This document shows positions 36,626 to 47,740 of a stretch of DNA of 64,000 bases, piece by piece. Below the pieces are notes generated by a model. The model saw only the letters and a list, made by a program, of their open reading frames with translations, was not told the DNA's origin and ran no database searches. Within the stretch, counting starts at the first letter, position 1. Every line of letters begins with the position of its first letter. A program made the position numbers and the translations under genes. The stretch lies in NCBI GenBank assembly GCA_950097015.1, contig CATNEN010000037.1:4216001-4280000 (forward strand). The letters are read 5' to 3'. This DNA comes from Macrostomum hystrix (lineage: Eukaryota > Animalia > Platyhelminthes).

Positions 36626-37685
36626 ATTATTTAGCTGGGGTAAAACTTAAACGGCTGTGGCTGCTCCCCAGTCCATTGACTAAGCAGCTTCTGTTATCAA
36701 GTTATCAAGTTGTCCTTGGTGGCTGCTTCTAGTTGAAAATGTCTATAGTTGTGAAATTATCAAAAGTTGGTCTTTGCCATAAACTAATTTCATGCCCCCG
36801 CATCTCGTAAATTATGTTAAAATAGAACATGAAGTGGGATGGCATAGTTTTGTGCAATTTCTGTTCAATTCAAATCTAGCAGTAGATGCAGTTTAACGAA
36901 AAACTGGCGCACGTTTGTTCAGAAAATAACGAATTAAGTACAACGGTTACTTACGCAACAGATTAAGAAAATAGAAAGTAGCAAAACACCACTTTTACGT
37001 TTCATATAAATATATAAACCGAACTCAGCGAAATTCATGTTCTCAACTATTAATTACACTCCTATAAAAGTCAAATCTATTACCAGTATTTAATCGTTCG
37101 TTTTTCGTGAGAGACTATGAATTCGCTTTCATGGAATCAACAAAATCATCTGGCAGAGAAATATTTTTTCCATATTGTATTACATAAAACCTTCATATAA
37201 CTATGTCTCATCAACCACTTAAAGCGCATTTTTGTATGACAGAAAAAAATTGGCGAGATATCAGACAAAAAAACAATGCAAGCACAAAAATTAGCATGAG
37301 AAAATATTTCTTTGTTCCTGTACATGCAGCTTTGTGCACCAAGGCTTGTGTAAACATAGTTTTCTACCAACGCATCTGGCTGATTGGGTCTCAGTTTAAA
37401 ATCTTGTTAATCTTGATGTCTAGGAATCTCATTGTACTTTCTATCCATGGCTTTTACTAAGGTTACAAAATTAATTGAGGCTAAATTCTAGATTGTTAAC
37501 TCAACAGAAGAGTTACAAAGAGTGGCAAAAAGAGTCACATGCAGCGATAGGAAAGTTTAGAGAAAAAACACACGCAGCATAATGATCGGCCCACGCATTC
37601 TCACGGCTGTGTCGCGATGGCGGGACACGAATAAACCAGTTAGAAAAGTGTCAGACATCAACCAGCAGACCAGTTAAGGCTCAGA

Positions 37686-38615
37686 TCAGTAGGACATGAC
37701 ACTATGCACAGTCTTGTAGTTGCTCGAATTGACAGACCTTGTCACATTCTGATGCAGTACAGAAGTCTGTAACGTGGTCTTCGGGCCTGAGTTGGGCACG
37801 AATGTCTTGCCGGAGCTATTCACAACCTGCACTGGCCGGCTCTGCGACTTCTTCTCGTACTTCTCGCTGGAGTAAGTCGGGAAGCTTTCGAAAGTTCCGG
37901 CTTTCATTCCGCCGTCCTTTTTGCCCGGATTCGAAGGCTTGAATGGCTTTGCGATCGGCTCGGTTTTGCCATCGGACTTTGTTAGTGCCGAGCCGCCCTT
38001 GTAGGGATTGGTGTCGAAGAAATCCACTGGGTGCATGTTCAGCTTAAAGGCGCCCTTACCGGCCACCTTCTGCTTGTGCTGCTCGTTTTCACGCTTCTGA
38101 ATTTCCTTGTACTTCTCATAACTGTCGCCCTTATAATCCGGATACTTGTTCAATGTCACAAAGGCGTATCCATAGCCAGTACCTTTCTTTGGCGGGTTCG
38201 TCATGATGTTTTTTCCTTCCGGTCCAGCTTTTCCCTTTGATGATGAGAAAGCATTAAAATATGGAACTGGTCCAGAAAAGGTTCCATAGTGGCTTCCAAC
38301 ACCGCTGCCCAGCTTAGGGAAGCTGGTTGGATTCCAGCTCCTAGAAAGATTCCTGCTGCTTGCTTTCTGTCTCTCCTGTCGTCTAGTTTTGATAGGATCA
38401 GAGTATCCCTCGCCTTCAAAGACACGAGAAAAATCGGTCATGTAGCCATGCGACAACGCGGATTTATGCTTAGTTCCTCCTGGGAGCATCTGTCGACCTT
38501 TGTAAGCAGATGTATTGAACTGAAAGCTGCCCGGATTCTTGTACGGATCGCCAACTGTATGGTAGGACATCTCTTTAAAGATGCCGATGCGATCCATATC
38601 CGACTTTGTACCCAT
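37686..38615 (-). CDS. CFAP96: Cilia/flagella-associated protein 96 (C4orf47, UPF0602)
   Basis: N-terminus SDMDRIGIFKEMSYHTVGDPY and internal NIMTNPPKKGTGYGY and PFKPSNP motifs are typical of the family; acceptor cttcag lies 2 nt before the ATG. Confidence 0.9.
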   Translation of the reverse strand: MGTKSDMDRIGIFKEMSYHTVGDPYKNPGSFQFNTSAYKGRQMLPGGTKHKSALSHGYMTDFSRVFEGEGYSDPIKTRRQERQKASSRNLSRSWNPTSFPKLGSGVGSHYGTFSGPVPYFNAFSSSKGKAGPEGKNIMTNPPKKGTGYGYAFVTLNKYPDYKGDSYEKYKEIQKRENEQHKQKVAGKGAFKLNMHPVDFFDTNPYKGGSALTKSDGKTEPIAKPFKPSNPGKKDGGMKAGTFESFPTYSSEKYEKKSQSRPVQVVNSSGKTFVPNSGPKTTLQTSVLHQNVTRSVNSSNYKTVHSVMSY

Positions 38616-40566
38616 CTCTGAAGTTTAGGAAAAATCTAACAAGGAAAACTCGCTATAGCTCTTTCAATATGAAGACGTCCAAAAACAAATAATGAATAAA
38701 TGGCTCAAAACGCCTTCTTTAAACACATGGTGTTTCAATGGTGCTCTGCTCAATAAACATAAGAGATGTAGTTATCGCAATTAAAATAAACAACAATAAC
38801 AAACACAAGTATTTAAGAATCAGAAATGCTGTTTGTAGTTTTTAATTAACGTTTGCGTTCACAATTTGTTTTGACTTCGTTTTCTAAAAGCTATTTTTTA
38901 AACCGGTACTTGACGGCCGACGCGACCGTCGAGTGATGTGAAGAACATTTCCATTAATAAAAATATAGCCTACCCTAGCTATTCTATAGGCTAGTAGCAA
39001 TTGTTATAAATTTTCAAAGCTATTAGGCTCACTTTGGAACTCCAGATCCCTTTAATTCACTTTCGCTCAAGTATTGCTTATATTCAATGGAAAATATTCA
39101 GGTCATGATTCCCTTACCATAGAAGCCTAACCATTTAATTTATTTCTTATGATCTCCAATCCTTATATTCTAGGCCCAGGCAATAGAAGAAAGTGTTGTA
39201 AATATAGTTTTGACAAAATGCTGCAAGTTCACTGTGTGTGTCAATAATGTTATCAGCTTTTTCTTACAATTGGTAAATATGATGACATAACCAATAGGCC
39301 CTAATATATTTTGAGGCTCTAGCTGAAAAAAAAATATGTATAGGCCTATCCATTTTTAGCCATGTTTATCTAGAATCGTATTTCAAATGAAAAAAATATG
39401 CTGTTACAGTTATAGGCCTATATCAATGTGTCTGTCTAGGTAATGTAGGGTCGCTCTTCAAACCCTTAAAAAGGTATACATTTGGAGGGCAATTAGTGAT
39501 TATAGTAAAAACTGCCAGAAATAATCAAACAACTACAGTAAACTATAGGATTTAAATTTAACTGTTAGGATGGTTAAGCATTAAAGTTCTAATTCTCTGG
39601 CCTAGCTTATTAACATCTAGAAATTTCTTGACATATCAAAAATATTTAGTGTTTATTTATATTGCACCTTTACACTGCACATTTGCATAAAGGCTTTTTA
39701 ATTCAGTATGTAAGTTCAATATTTAGTTTGCCAAGTTTAGCCCACAAATTATACCTATTCTTCATAATGCTTATTCACACATGTAAGCTTTTATACACAT
39801 TTTCAACTTGGGGAACCAGGCAATTTAGTAATTAATTTATTTGCTACAAAAATATGAGCAACATGAAAAAATGTATTATAGCTATTTTTAAGGACAATTT
39901 TTTCTTTAGTGTAAAGAAAAATATTAAACTTGATGGGTTTTTTTATTTTGAGCAATTGTTTATAGACCTAGTATGGTTAATTAGAATATTCTTGTGTGGC
40001 TGATATGTTGTCTGGCCATTTTGTTGTGTGGCCATTTTGACGTGTTTTGCATTTTGAGCTCTTTGTTATAGGCTGCAGCTGTAAATATAATTTGAGCTTA
40101 TAACTTTAGACTGTATTTTATGCATTAATTAAAAAAACAACTATATTGAGGTAACAATGTTGCTTAAGAAATCAAATTCACTGATAGCTAGGGCCTAATG
40201 ATAACATAGATAGCAAAAAAAATTAATTTTAACTTAGTAAAAAAATATTGCTTTTCATTACATACCTCCTAATATTCTTAGTCAAGGCAACTATATACAT
40301 GTTTTTCTTTATAGGTTAGCAAATTGTTGTCACATTTGTTATTAACTGGCTATCCTACAGTGATCTTTTTGATCTCTCCCTGATCTTAGCTCTGCTCTTG
40401 TTATTTCACCCTGTCATCTTTTAGATAGCATTTAGGCCTACAAGTTATCTAGTTTCCAACTTCTTGTCTTTGCACCTACAAATATGCATATTTATACATG
40501 CATAGATCCTTTGTTAATTTCAGCTAACTTGGACAGTGAGCGTCCAGAGCAGAGTTCAGCATCAAC

Positions 40567-43500
40567 ATGCAGAGTGGGCCAGATGCTGCTGAAATTTCGA
40601 ATTTTTCGCATAAGAGTACTCCCCCAGCAGAGCAGTGCAGATCTGCTGAAGTAGCTCGCCCTTTGCAGCTAGTGGCCAAGAAGGTCACTTCACCTATTTT
40701 GCAGACATCTAGTCTTTCCAGTATCCCATCCTCGCCAGAGTCGCATCAACAAGCTAGAAAGATTTCTATTAAGATTCTTCCAAGGTCGAACAGCAGTTCG
40801 AATGGCGAAAAGGAAAAGAATGGATTAGACGAGAAGCAGCAGCGGGCAGTGCCAGTGCCGGCTCAGCCGAGGCCAGTTTTGAAAGTCCCCGCTTGCCAGG
40901 CTGTGCAGCCGCGAAATGAGCAGTCGCAGCAATCGTTGCCGCAGCAGTCATCAGCTAGGCCTGTGTTAAAGGTTAATTATTCACCCCAATCTGAGATTGT
41001 TAATGTTTATGGGCAGCAGCAGCAACAACAACAACAGCAACCCTCTCTGCCAGTTTTCAAAGTTGCTTCTCAACCAATGTCTGTAGCAGCTACTCAGCAG
41101 CAGCAGCAGCAACCAAAGCAGCCACCAAGACCCATAGTGAAAGTGGCGCGTCAGTCTTTGTCTAAGGTCACTACTACACAGGGACAGCCTCAGACTACGA
41201 CGCCAATATTTAAGCTTAGTTGCCAGCCTGTCGCACAGCCTATCGCGCAGCCTGTCGCGCAGTCTGTTGCGCAGTCTGTTGCGCAGTCTGTTGCGCAGCC
41301 TGTCACTCTGTCTGACACGCCACCGCAGTCGCAGGTGCAGTCACAGACAGAGCCGAATCCGCAGCCAAGAAATGATAAGCGGCGGTCAGAAAGTCAGTCA
41401 GGCAGCAGCAAGCCGACCCAACAAAAGCGCCAAGCTAAGAGGCAGCTATCTCAGACTGGTCATCGCTCGAGCAAATTCGAATCTACTATTATGTGGAAGA
41501 GAATGTCGGCCGCTGAACTGAAAAAGCAGAGCCAGCTATTGAAGCAGCCAAATGTTGAACAGTTTCCACCAGGTCCTTGCTCACACATCTGTTCTGCTAG
41601 GCCGCCACTAAAGTCATCTTCCTCCACAGTCAGTGCAGTCAAGGTGTGCGGGCCCTACTGTTTCCCCAGCGGAATCTATCCCAGCACTGAGTGCAAGCGC
41701 TGTCATTTATTATTCCACCGGCAATGCGCCAAAGCCAGCGTTGCACATCGACGTTGTCTCTGTGCTTCCTGCTTCGAAGTCGTAGCAAAGGATTCGCCGC
41801 GAAAGCAGCAACTTGATTTTCCATCTGAAACTACAGTCGGAAATGATAATGTCGAGTGCGATAGTGACACTGTCTCGGCTTCCACTTCGGAATCGTCCGA
41901 TTCCGAATCCGTTAGCCATTCGGCCCCCTTGGCAAGCACTAAAGTTAACGATCAGTTAGGTTTGAAGTTGTCACAACCTGTGCAAACAGCCAGCTATGCG
42001 CCATCTAAATCGCCTGCAAGATCACCTCAACAAACTAGAGGTACTCCCACACCTGCTTCCCTACAACCAAAGTCCGTATCAAGCATGAATGTTTCGCCAG
42101 CTAAAGTGACAGACCAATCACCACCAGCTGCTCAATCGAATGCGCTCCCTAGAATTGCTATTAAAAGAATAACTGCAAATCAGCTTACGCCTCATAATTC
42201 ATCGCAACATGACGAAGGTCTGAAGATTGGCTACTTAAACTCTGTCGGTTTATCTGGGGTTGGTGGCGGCGGCCGCGGTGGCGAGACTGCACAGCCAGCT
42301 GATGGCAATAGGAAAAATCACCAACAACTTGAATTAAGTCAACCGGCCTCTCAACAAGCAAGATTGGCGCCTCAAATTTATAAATTGCAGTTAAGGGCCT
42401 CTACCACAGTCGCCACAGGCGCATCACCGCAATCGGAATCAAATACGGCCTCCGTGCCTCAGAGTACCAATATGTTGAAGCGTAAAACTGCAACGGCGTT
42501 CGATTCAAATAATAAAACTGACAATGCAGCGATCGATACAGTCCAAGACGCCAAAAGACTACGAATTGAACAGCAAACAATTCAGGAAACGAAGGATGTC
42601 CCACTGCCGTCTGAGCCAACCCGTCAACAGCCCGCTAGGCGAACTGTAAAAGTGCAAGCCAGATGCCGTTTTAGACTAAAAGTTTCTAAAAAATTTTCCA
42701 GATACTACTCGCCTCTGGGCTGCATTTCAGCACTTAGTCGTCGCATCCTAGATCGAATATTCGATCGTTTGGACGTTTTTGACCTGCTCACCTGTCGCCT
42801 CGTCTGCAAAGACTGGCGACAGTTAGTTGACAATCATCGCGCATTTGCCAGCCTCCACCTTGACGAACAAACCGACAACGGGCTGTTCCGGCGCGCTAGC
42901 GTGGTCAACTGGCGCCTGCTGGGCGACCAGCTAGCTCGCTGCCAGAGCTACTCGCTGGATCTGCGACGACTTGTCGCCGGCGCCAGCTCCGCCTCACGAT
43001 CGGTGCACGAGGCGCTGTATTCGCGCAGTCTCAGCAGCGTCAGGCTGGACACACTGGAATCCGCCACCCTGGCCCGCCTGCTTAGCCTGGGCCGGCAGCT
43101 CCAGCTCAACTGGTTGGAGTTCACCATTGCCAACTTGGTCGACTTTGGCGAACCGGCCGCCCCAGCCGGATTCGATTTAGTGCAATGCCTGCAATCGTTT
43201 AGCCGTCTGCAACGCCTTGGCGTGGGCGCCGTCTCGGGACTTCGCCTTGACTGCCTGGCGGCTAGCGGCGTCGACTTTCCATTGGCCCGACTTGCTTTGC
43301 GCAATCTGGCTGCCAATTCGCGACCGCCGGCTGTGTCGCTGCCGGCGCTTCAGCGAGTGACCGTCAGTGGCCAGTCGGGCTGCTTGGCCGCCTGGCTGGT
43401 GGCTGCTGCGGGCGGCGCCTGTCGAGAGCTGAAGCTGCTCGGACCGCGCACCACTGCGGAGCTGCCCGACCTGGGCATGGCCTGGCGAGACGCTCTGGCC

Positions 43501-44196
43501 AATATGTCACTGTAAGCCATTCGCAGTGCTTTGTTGCGAAAAGCCTTTCTGTAACTAAAAGTGCATATCGAAACGACAAATGCAGTCCTCATAATGAATG
43601 TCTGATGACAAAACAATTTTCGTAGTAAATATCTCATGACAATACAATCCTCATTGTGAATGTCTCATGACAATACAATCTTCGTAGTGAATATCTTATG
43701 ACAATACAATCCTCATTGTGAATGTCTCATGACAATACAATCCTCATAATGAATGTCTCATGACAATACAATCCTCATAATGAATTTCTCATGACAATAC
43801 AATCCTCATAATGAATATTTAATGAGAAAGCTTGTGTAAATCCGAATGATTAAACGGCCACATTTAGTATGTGAGCGACATTAACTGAAAGCACATAAAA
43901 TTTCAAAGTGAGAAAACAGGCTACAAATATCGGACACTAAAATCCAAGGCCTCATGTTCTGGTGTGTATTTCCAACCCACAGTCTGCAATCGCTCACAGT
44001 TGGCGTTGACCGGCTGCCTTTGCCATCGCAGCTATCCGATTGGCTGCCAAGCGGCCTGTCCAGCCTGACCCTTGCTATAGCCGCGGCGGCAGGCACCGAT
44101 CAGCGCGATCAGCGACAGCATCAGCAGATGACAGCTCGCCTACTAGCCAATCAGCTGCAGGCTAGGGGAGTCCGGTTAATTGTGGTTGGCCGGTGA
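40567..44196 (+). CDS. F-box protein with PHD-like finger, long Gln/Ser-rich N-terminus and LRR-like C-terminus
   Basis: Exon 40567-43511 (gtaagc donor, phase 2) joins in frame to 43983-44196. F-box ISALSRRILDRIFDRLDVFDLLTCRLVCKDWRQL; C4HC3-like CGPYC...CKRCHLLFHRQC...CASC. Confidence 0.82.
43630..43815. repeat. 31-bp minisatellite (ATGACAATACAATCCTCATAATGAATGTCTC)n, ~6 units, intronic
   Basis: 31-nt period inside intron 43512-43982. Confidence 0.93.
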
Positions 44197-44864
44197 CACG
44201 ATTCAGCTTTTCGTCTGTTGAAAATTAGCACTTGCTGTATCGTGTACTCTAAATCCGAATTCTTAGTACAGTTAGAAAGAAGCCCTGTACTTCAAGTGAG
44301 ACTGCAATTGAGAGTTCAGTGTATGTGTATAATCCTTCATTTTTTAGCTAACTCGATCGTTTCTCATTTAACTTGAGATTTATGAAGCCTCAAACGTTAA
44401 TAAAAAAGGACTATATTACCAGTTAAGCACTATTGCATTGCCTAGCACACTAGAAATTAATTATTGCATTTTGTTACCCCTTAAGTTGCTAAATAAATCA
44501 TACTACTAAGCAAAAGTAGTAAGACTTGTATTTTTGCATGCGTCTGACTGCATTTTATAAAATGCCGTAACTGGCTATAGCCGAGTTACGGCTAACGCAC
44601 CGCTTGTGTTATTGTTTACGAGTAATAAGGTCAAACTATGTTAAAGCGAGTTTTGTTGCGAGACTGATTACAATGTCTCTTCCAGTACAAAGCGGTGCAT
44701 TAATAAAAATTTGTAGAAAGAAGCGGTTCAGTACATTTTATATAGCATCTATGCAACATAGTTGCACTTTAATCATAACCATTGAAGTTTCTTTTAACTC
44801 CGCTTCAGTTTTTTTCGTCACACCTGTATGAAGAAACACCTGAGGTTGACCTTTCTTTGGTCAG

Positions 44865-45658
44865 TACTCAGATTGAGCATCTATCCTTCTAGCTCTGATC
44901 CTCAGATTGAGTATCTATCCTTCTCTGATCCTCAGATTGAGTATCTATCCTTCTCTGATCCTCAGATTGAGTATCTATCCTTCTCTGATCCTCAGATTGA
45001 GTATCTATCCTTCTCTGATCCTCAGATTGAGCATCTATCCTTCTCTGATCCTCAGATTGAGCATCTATCCTTCTCTAATACTCAGATTGAGTATCTATCA
45101 TTCTCTGATCCTCAGATTGAGTATCTATCATTCTCTGATCCTCAGATTGAGTATCTATCCTTCTCTGATCCTCAGATTGAGTATCTATCCTTCTCTGATC
45201 CTCAGATTGAGTATCTATCATTCTCTGATCCTCAGATTGAGTATCTATCCTTCTCTGATCCTCAGATTGAGTATCTATCCTTCTCTGATCCTCAGATTGA
45301 GTATCTATCATTCTCTGATCCTCAGATTGAGTATCTATCATTCTCTGATCCTCAGATTGAGTATCTATCCTTCTCTGATCCTCAGATTGAGTATCTATCC
45401 TTCTCTGATCCTCAGATTGAGTATCTATCCTTCTCTGATCCTCAGATTGAGTATCTATCCTTCTCTGATCCTCAGATTGAGTATCTATCCTTCTCTGATC
45501 CTCAGATTGAGTATCTATCCTTCTCTGATCCTCAGATTGAGTATCTATCCTTCTCTGATCCTCAGATTGAGTATCTATCCTTCTCTGATCCTCAGATTGA
45601 GTATCTATCCTTCTCTGATCCTCAGATTGAGTATCTGTCATTCTCTGATCCTCAGACT
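44865..45658. repeat. 30-bp minisatellite (GAGTATCTATCCTTCTCTGATCCTCAGATT)n
   Basis: Exact 30-nt period; the three ORFs over it are repeat artefacts. Confidence 0.98.
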
Positions 45659-47267
45659 TGGGTGATGATGCGCTGATTCTACGACTGACGAAGGCCTACT
45701 TCTCAGTTCAGTCTGTTCTACTAATTCAGCAGCTTTAACAAGGGTCTCTTTCCATCCCCACAGTTGACTGGCTCCAGTCAAATAGGAAAGCCATGCCGGC
45801 CCTGCATTGGGCCTAATGAGGACTGGAGACAGCACTCTTGAGCTAGAATTCTGTATCATAAAGTGATACATATCAGCTCATATATACGTGAGGTTAAATT
45901 CATCACCGAAAGACTTTGAGTTCACTGAACTGTAACGCGCTGTACTAATATCATATAGCCTTACTAGCCTTATATTCAATCTTCATTTCAGTTGCACTGT
46001 GAATATTTATATTGATGATACCCGTATATACGAGCTTTAAATGAAATTAACTGAATGCCTGGCCCATATTAGTCAGCTTGCTTATGAATATTTACAATGT
46101 AGAGACTATTTTGGAGGGAATCGAACCCGGGACCAAATTTAAAAGAGGTATGAAACTCAAAGCCTAATTAATTTCTTAGGAAGCAGTCGGACCTGTAAGT
46201 CCTGCATGATCTGTTCATAATACTCGTAGAATGGTGCCTTCAACGCGCGCATGCCTAAGCCGTCAGCAGGGGGATTAGTGCTGGCTGATGGAACACAGCT
46301 TCGATGAGGATTTGGGAATCGCAGATTACGAATCCCAAAAACTCCACTGGCTTGGCACTTTGAGCAGCACACAAACTCTCGTTAGGGCTTGTCAAGACGG
46401 ATGCAAGACGCAAATGATTTATTATTAATTCACTTGACATCTTGAGTGTGAGCTCCGCTTCTCAAAACAACAATATTTGAGAACTGATTTTCATCTCGAG
46501 CCAGATGAGCTCGTGAATTAGAAAATTACATGAAAACTAAATTGGGATATTTTTTTCACTGTTTCATTAAATTTTCACAATCCCAGTAATCTTGCGGTAG
46601 CATGTTGCCATCTGCTCCTACACCACTGCAGGTGGACTTCTGCTTGGCACTAAATAATCCAACCCCCTTGCTCCTCCGCCGGCGATCTCTTAATCCCAAA
46701 AATCCCATGGGATTCCATACGTGCGGGAAAAGTGTCGGCGCAGCTGCGCATGAGTGGAATTTTATATGGCGAATCGAATTTTGAAAAAAAATTGCCTAGC
46801 AAGGCGGGCCGTTGCTATTTCCTTCCTCCCTGAAAGAAAATCGGAGATGGAGAATAAGAAATCGATTTAATTCATTGCCTGTGGTGGACAAGTGCTGCGA
46901 TATTAATTAATTATGCCCAGGCGCGAGAGCGAGTCCGCGCAGCTCTCATATTCGTATTATTTTATTAATTTGACCTTTGCTGACACTAGTTTCGGTCTGA
47001 AGAAAGTGCATCAGCGAGCAAACTAAAAATCATATTGTCTTATTGAGACAGATCTAGAATTGAAACACAGTAAAACCAGTAGTAAAAAATAATACAGTAC
47101 ACCTATTATAAGCTAGTCGATGCCCTGGAAGCTGAGCGAATGCGGTGGTTAAATGATAATTTCGGTAACGCGTACATGTAGTTGACTATAGTAAAACAGT
47201 TAATTTAAAATCTTCGCGTGTACTATTTCACTTTTTTGTTCTTAGTCACTCATTTGGTATATAAGAT

Positions 47268-47740
47268 TGGTCCTCACTCACTGATTTGTCCTCACTCACT
47301 GATTGGTCCTCAGCCACTGATTGGTTCTCAGTCTCTGACGGGGTCCTCTGTCACTGATAGGTCCTCAGTCATTGATAGGTCGTCATTCACAGATTGGTCC
47401 TCAGTCACTGGTTGGTCCTCAGTCACTGATAGGTCCTTAGTCACTGATTAATCAACAGTCACTGATTGGTCCTAAGTCGCTGATAGGTCCTCAGCCACTG
47501 ATTGGTCCTCACTCACTGATTTGTCCTCAGCCACTGATTGGTCCTCAGTCTCTGACGGGGTCCTCAGTCTCTGATGGGGTCCTCAGTCTCTGCCGAGGGT
47601 CCTCAGTCACTAATAGGTCCTCAGTCACTGATTAATCAACAGTCACTGATTGGTCCTAAGTCGCTGATTAATCCTCAGTCGCTGATTAATCATCAGTCGC
47701 TGATTGGTCCTCAGTCGCTGATTGGTCCTCAGTCACTGCT
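47268..47740. repeat. 18-bp minisatellite (CCTCAGTCACTGATTGGT)n, degenerate
   Basis: 18-nt period with variants; abuts the 3' end of the TMEM179-like ORF. Confidence 0.92.

Noticed and set aside
40373-40390. Monomer resembling the 1421 array unit
   Set aside because: Short, pyrimidine-rich match with an indel; compatible with chance.
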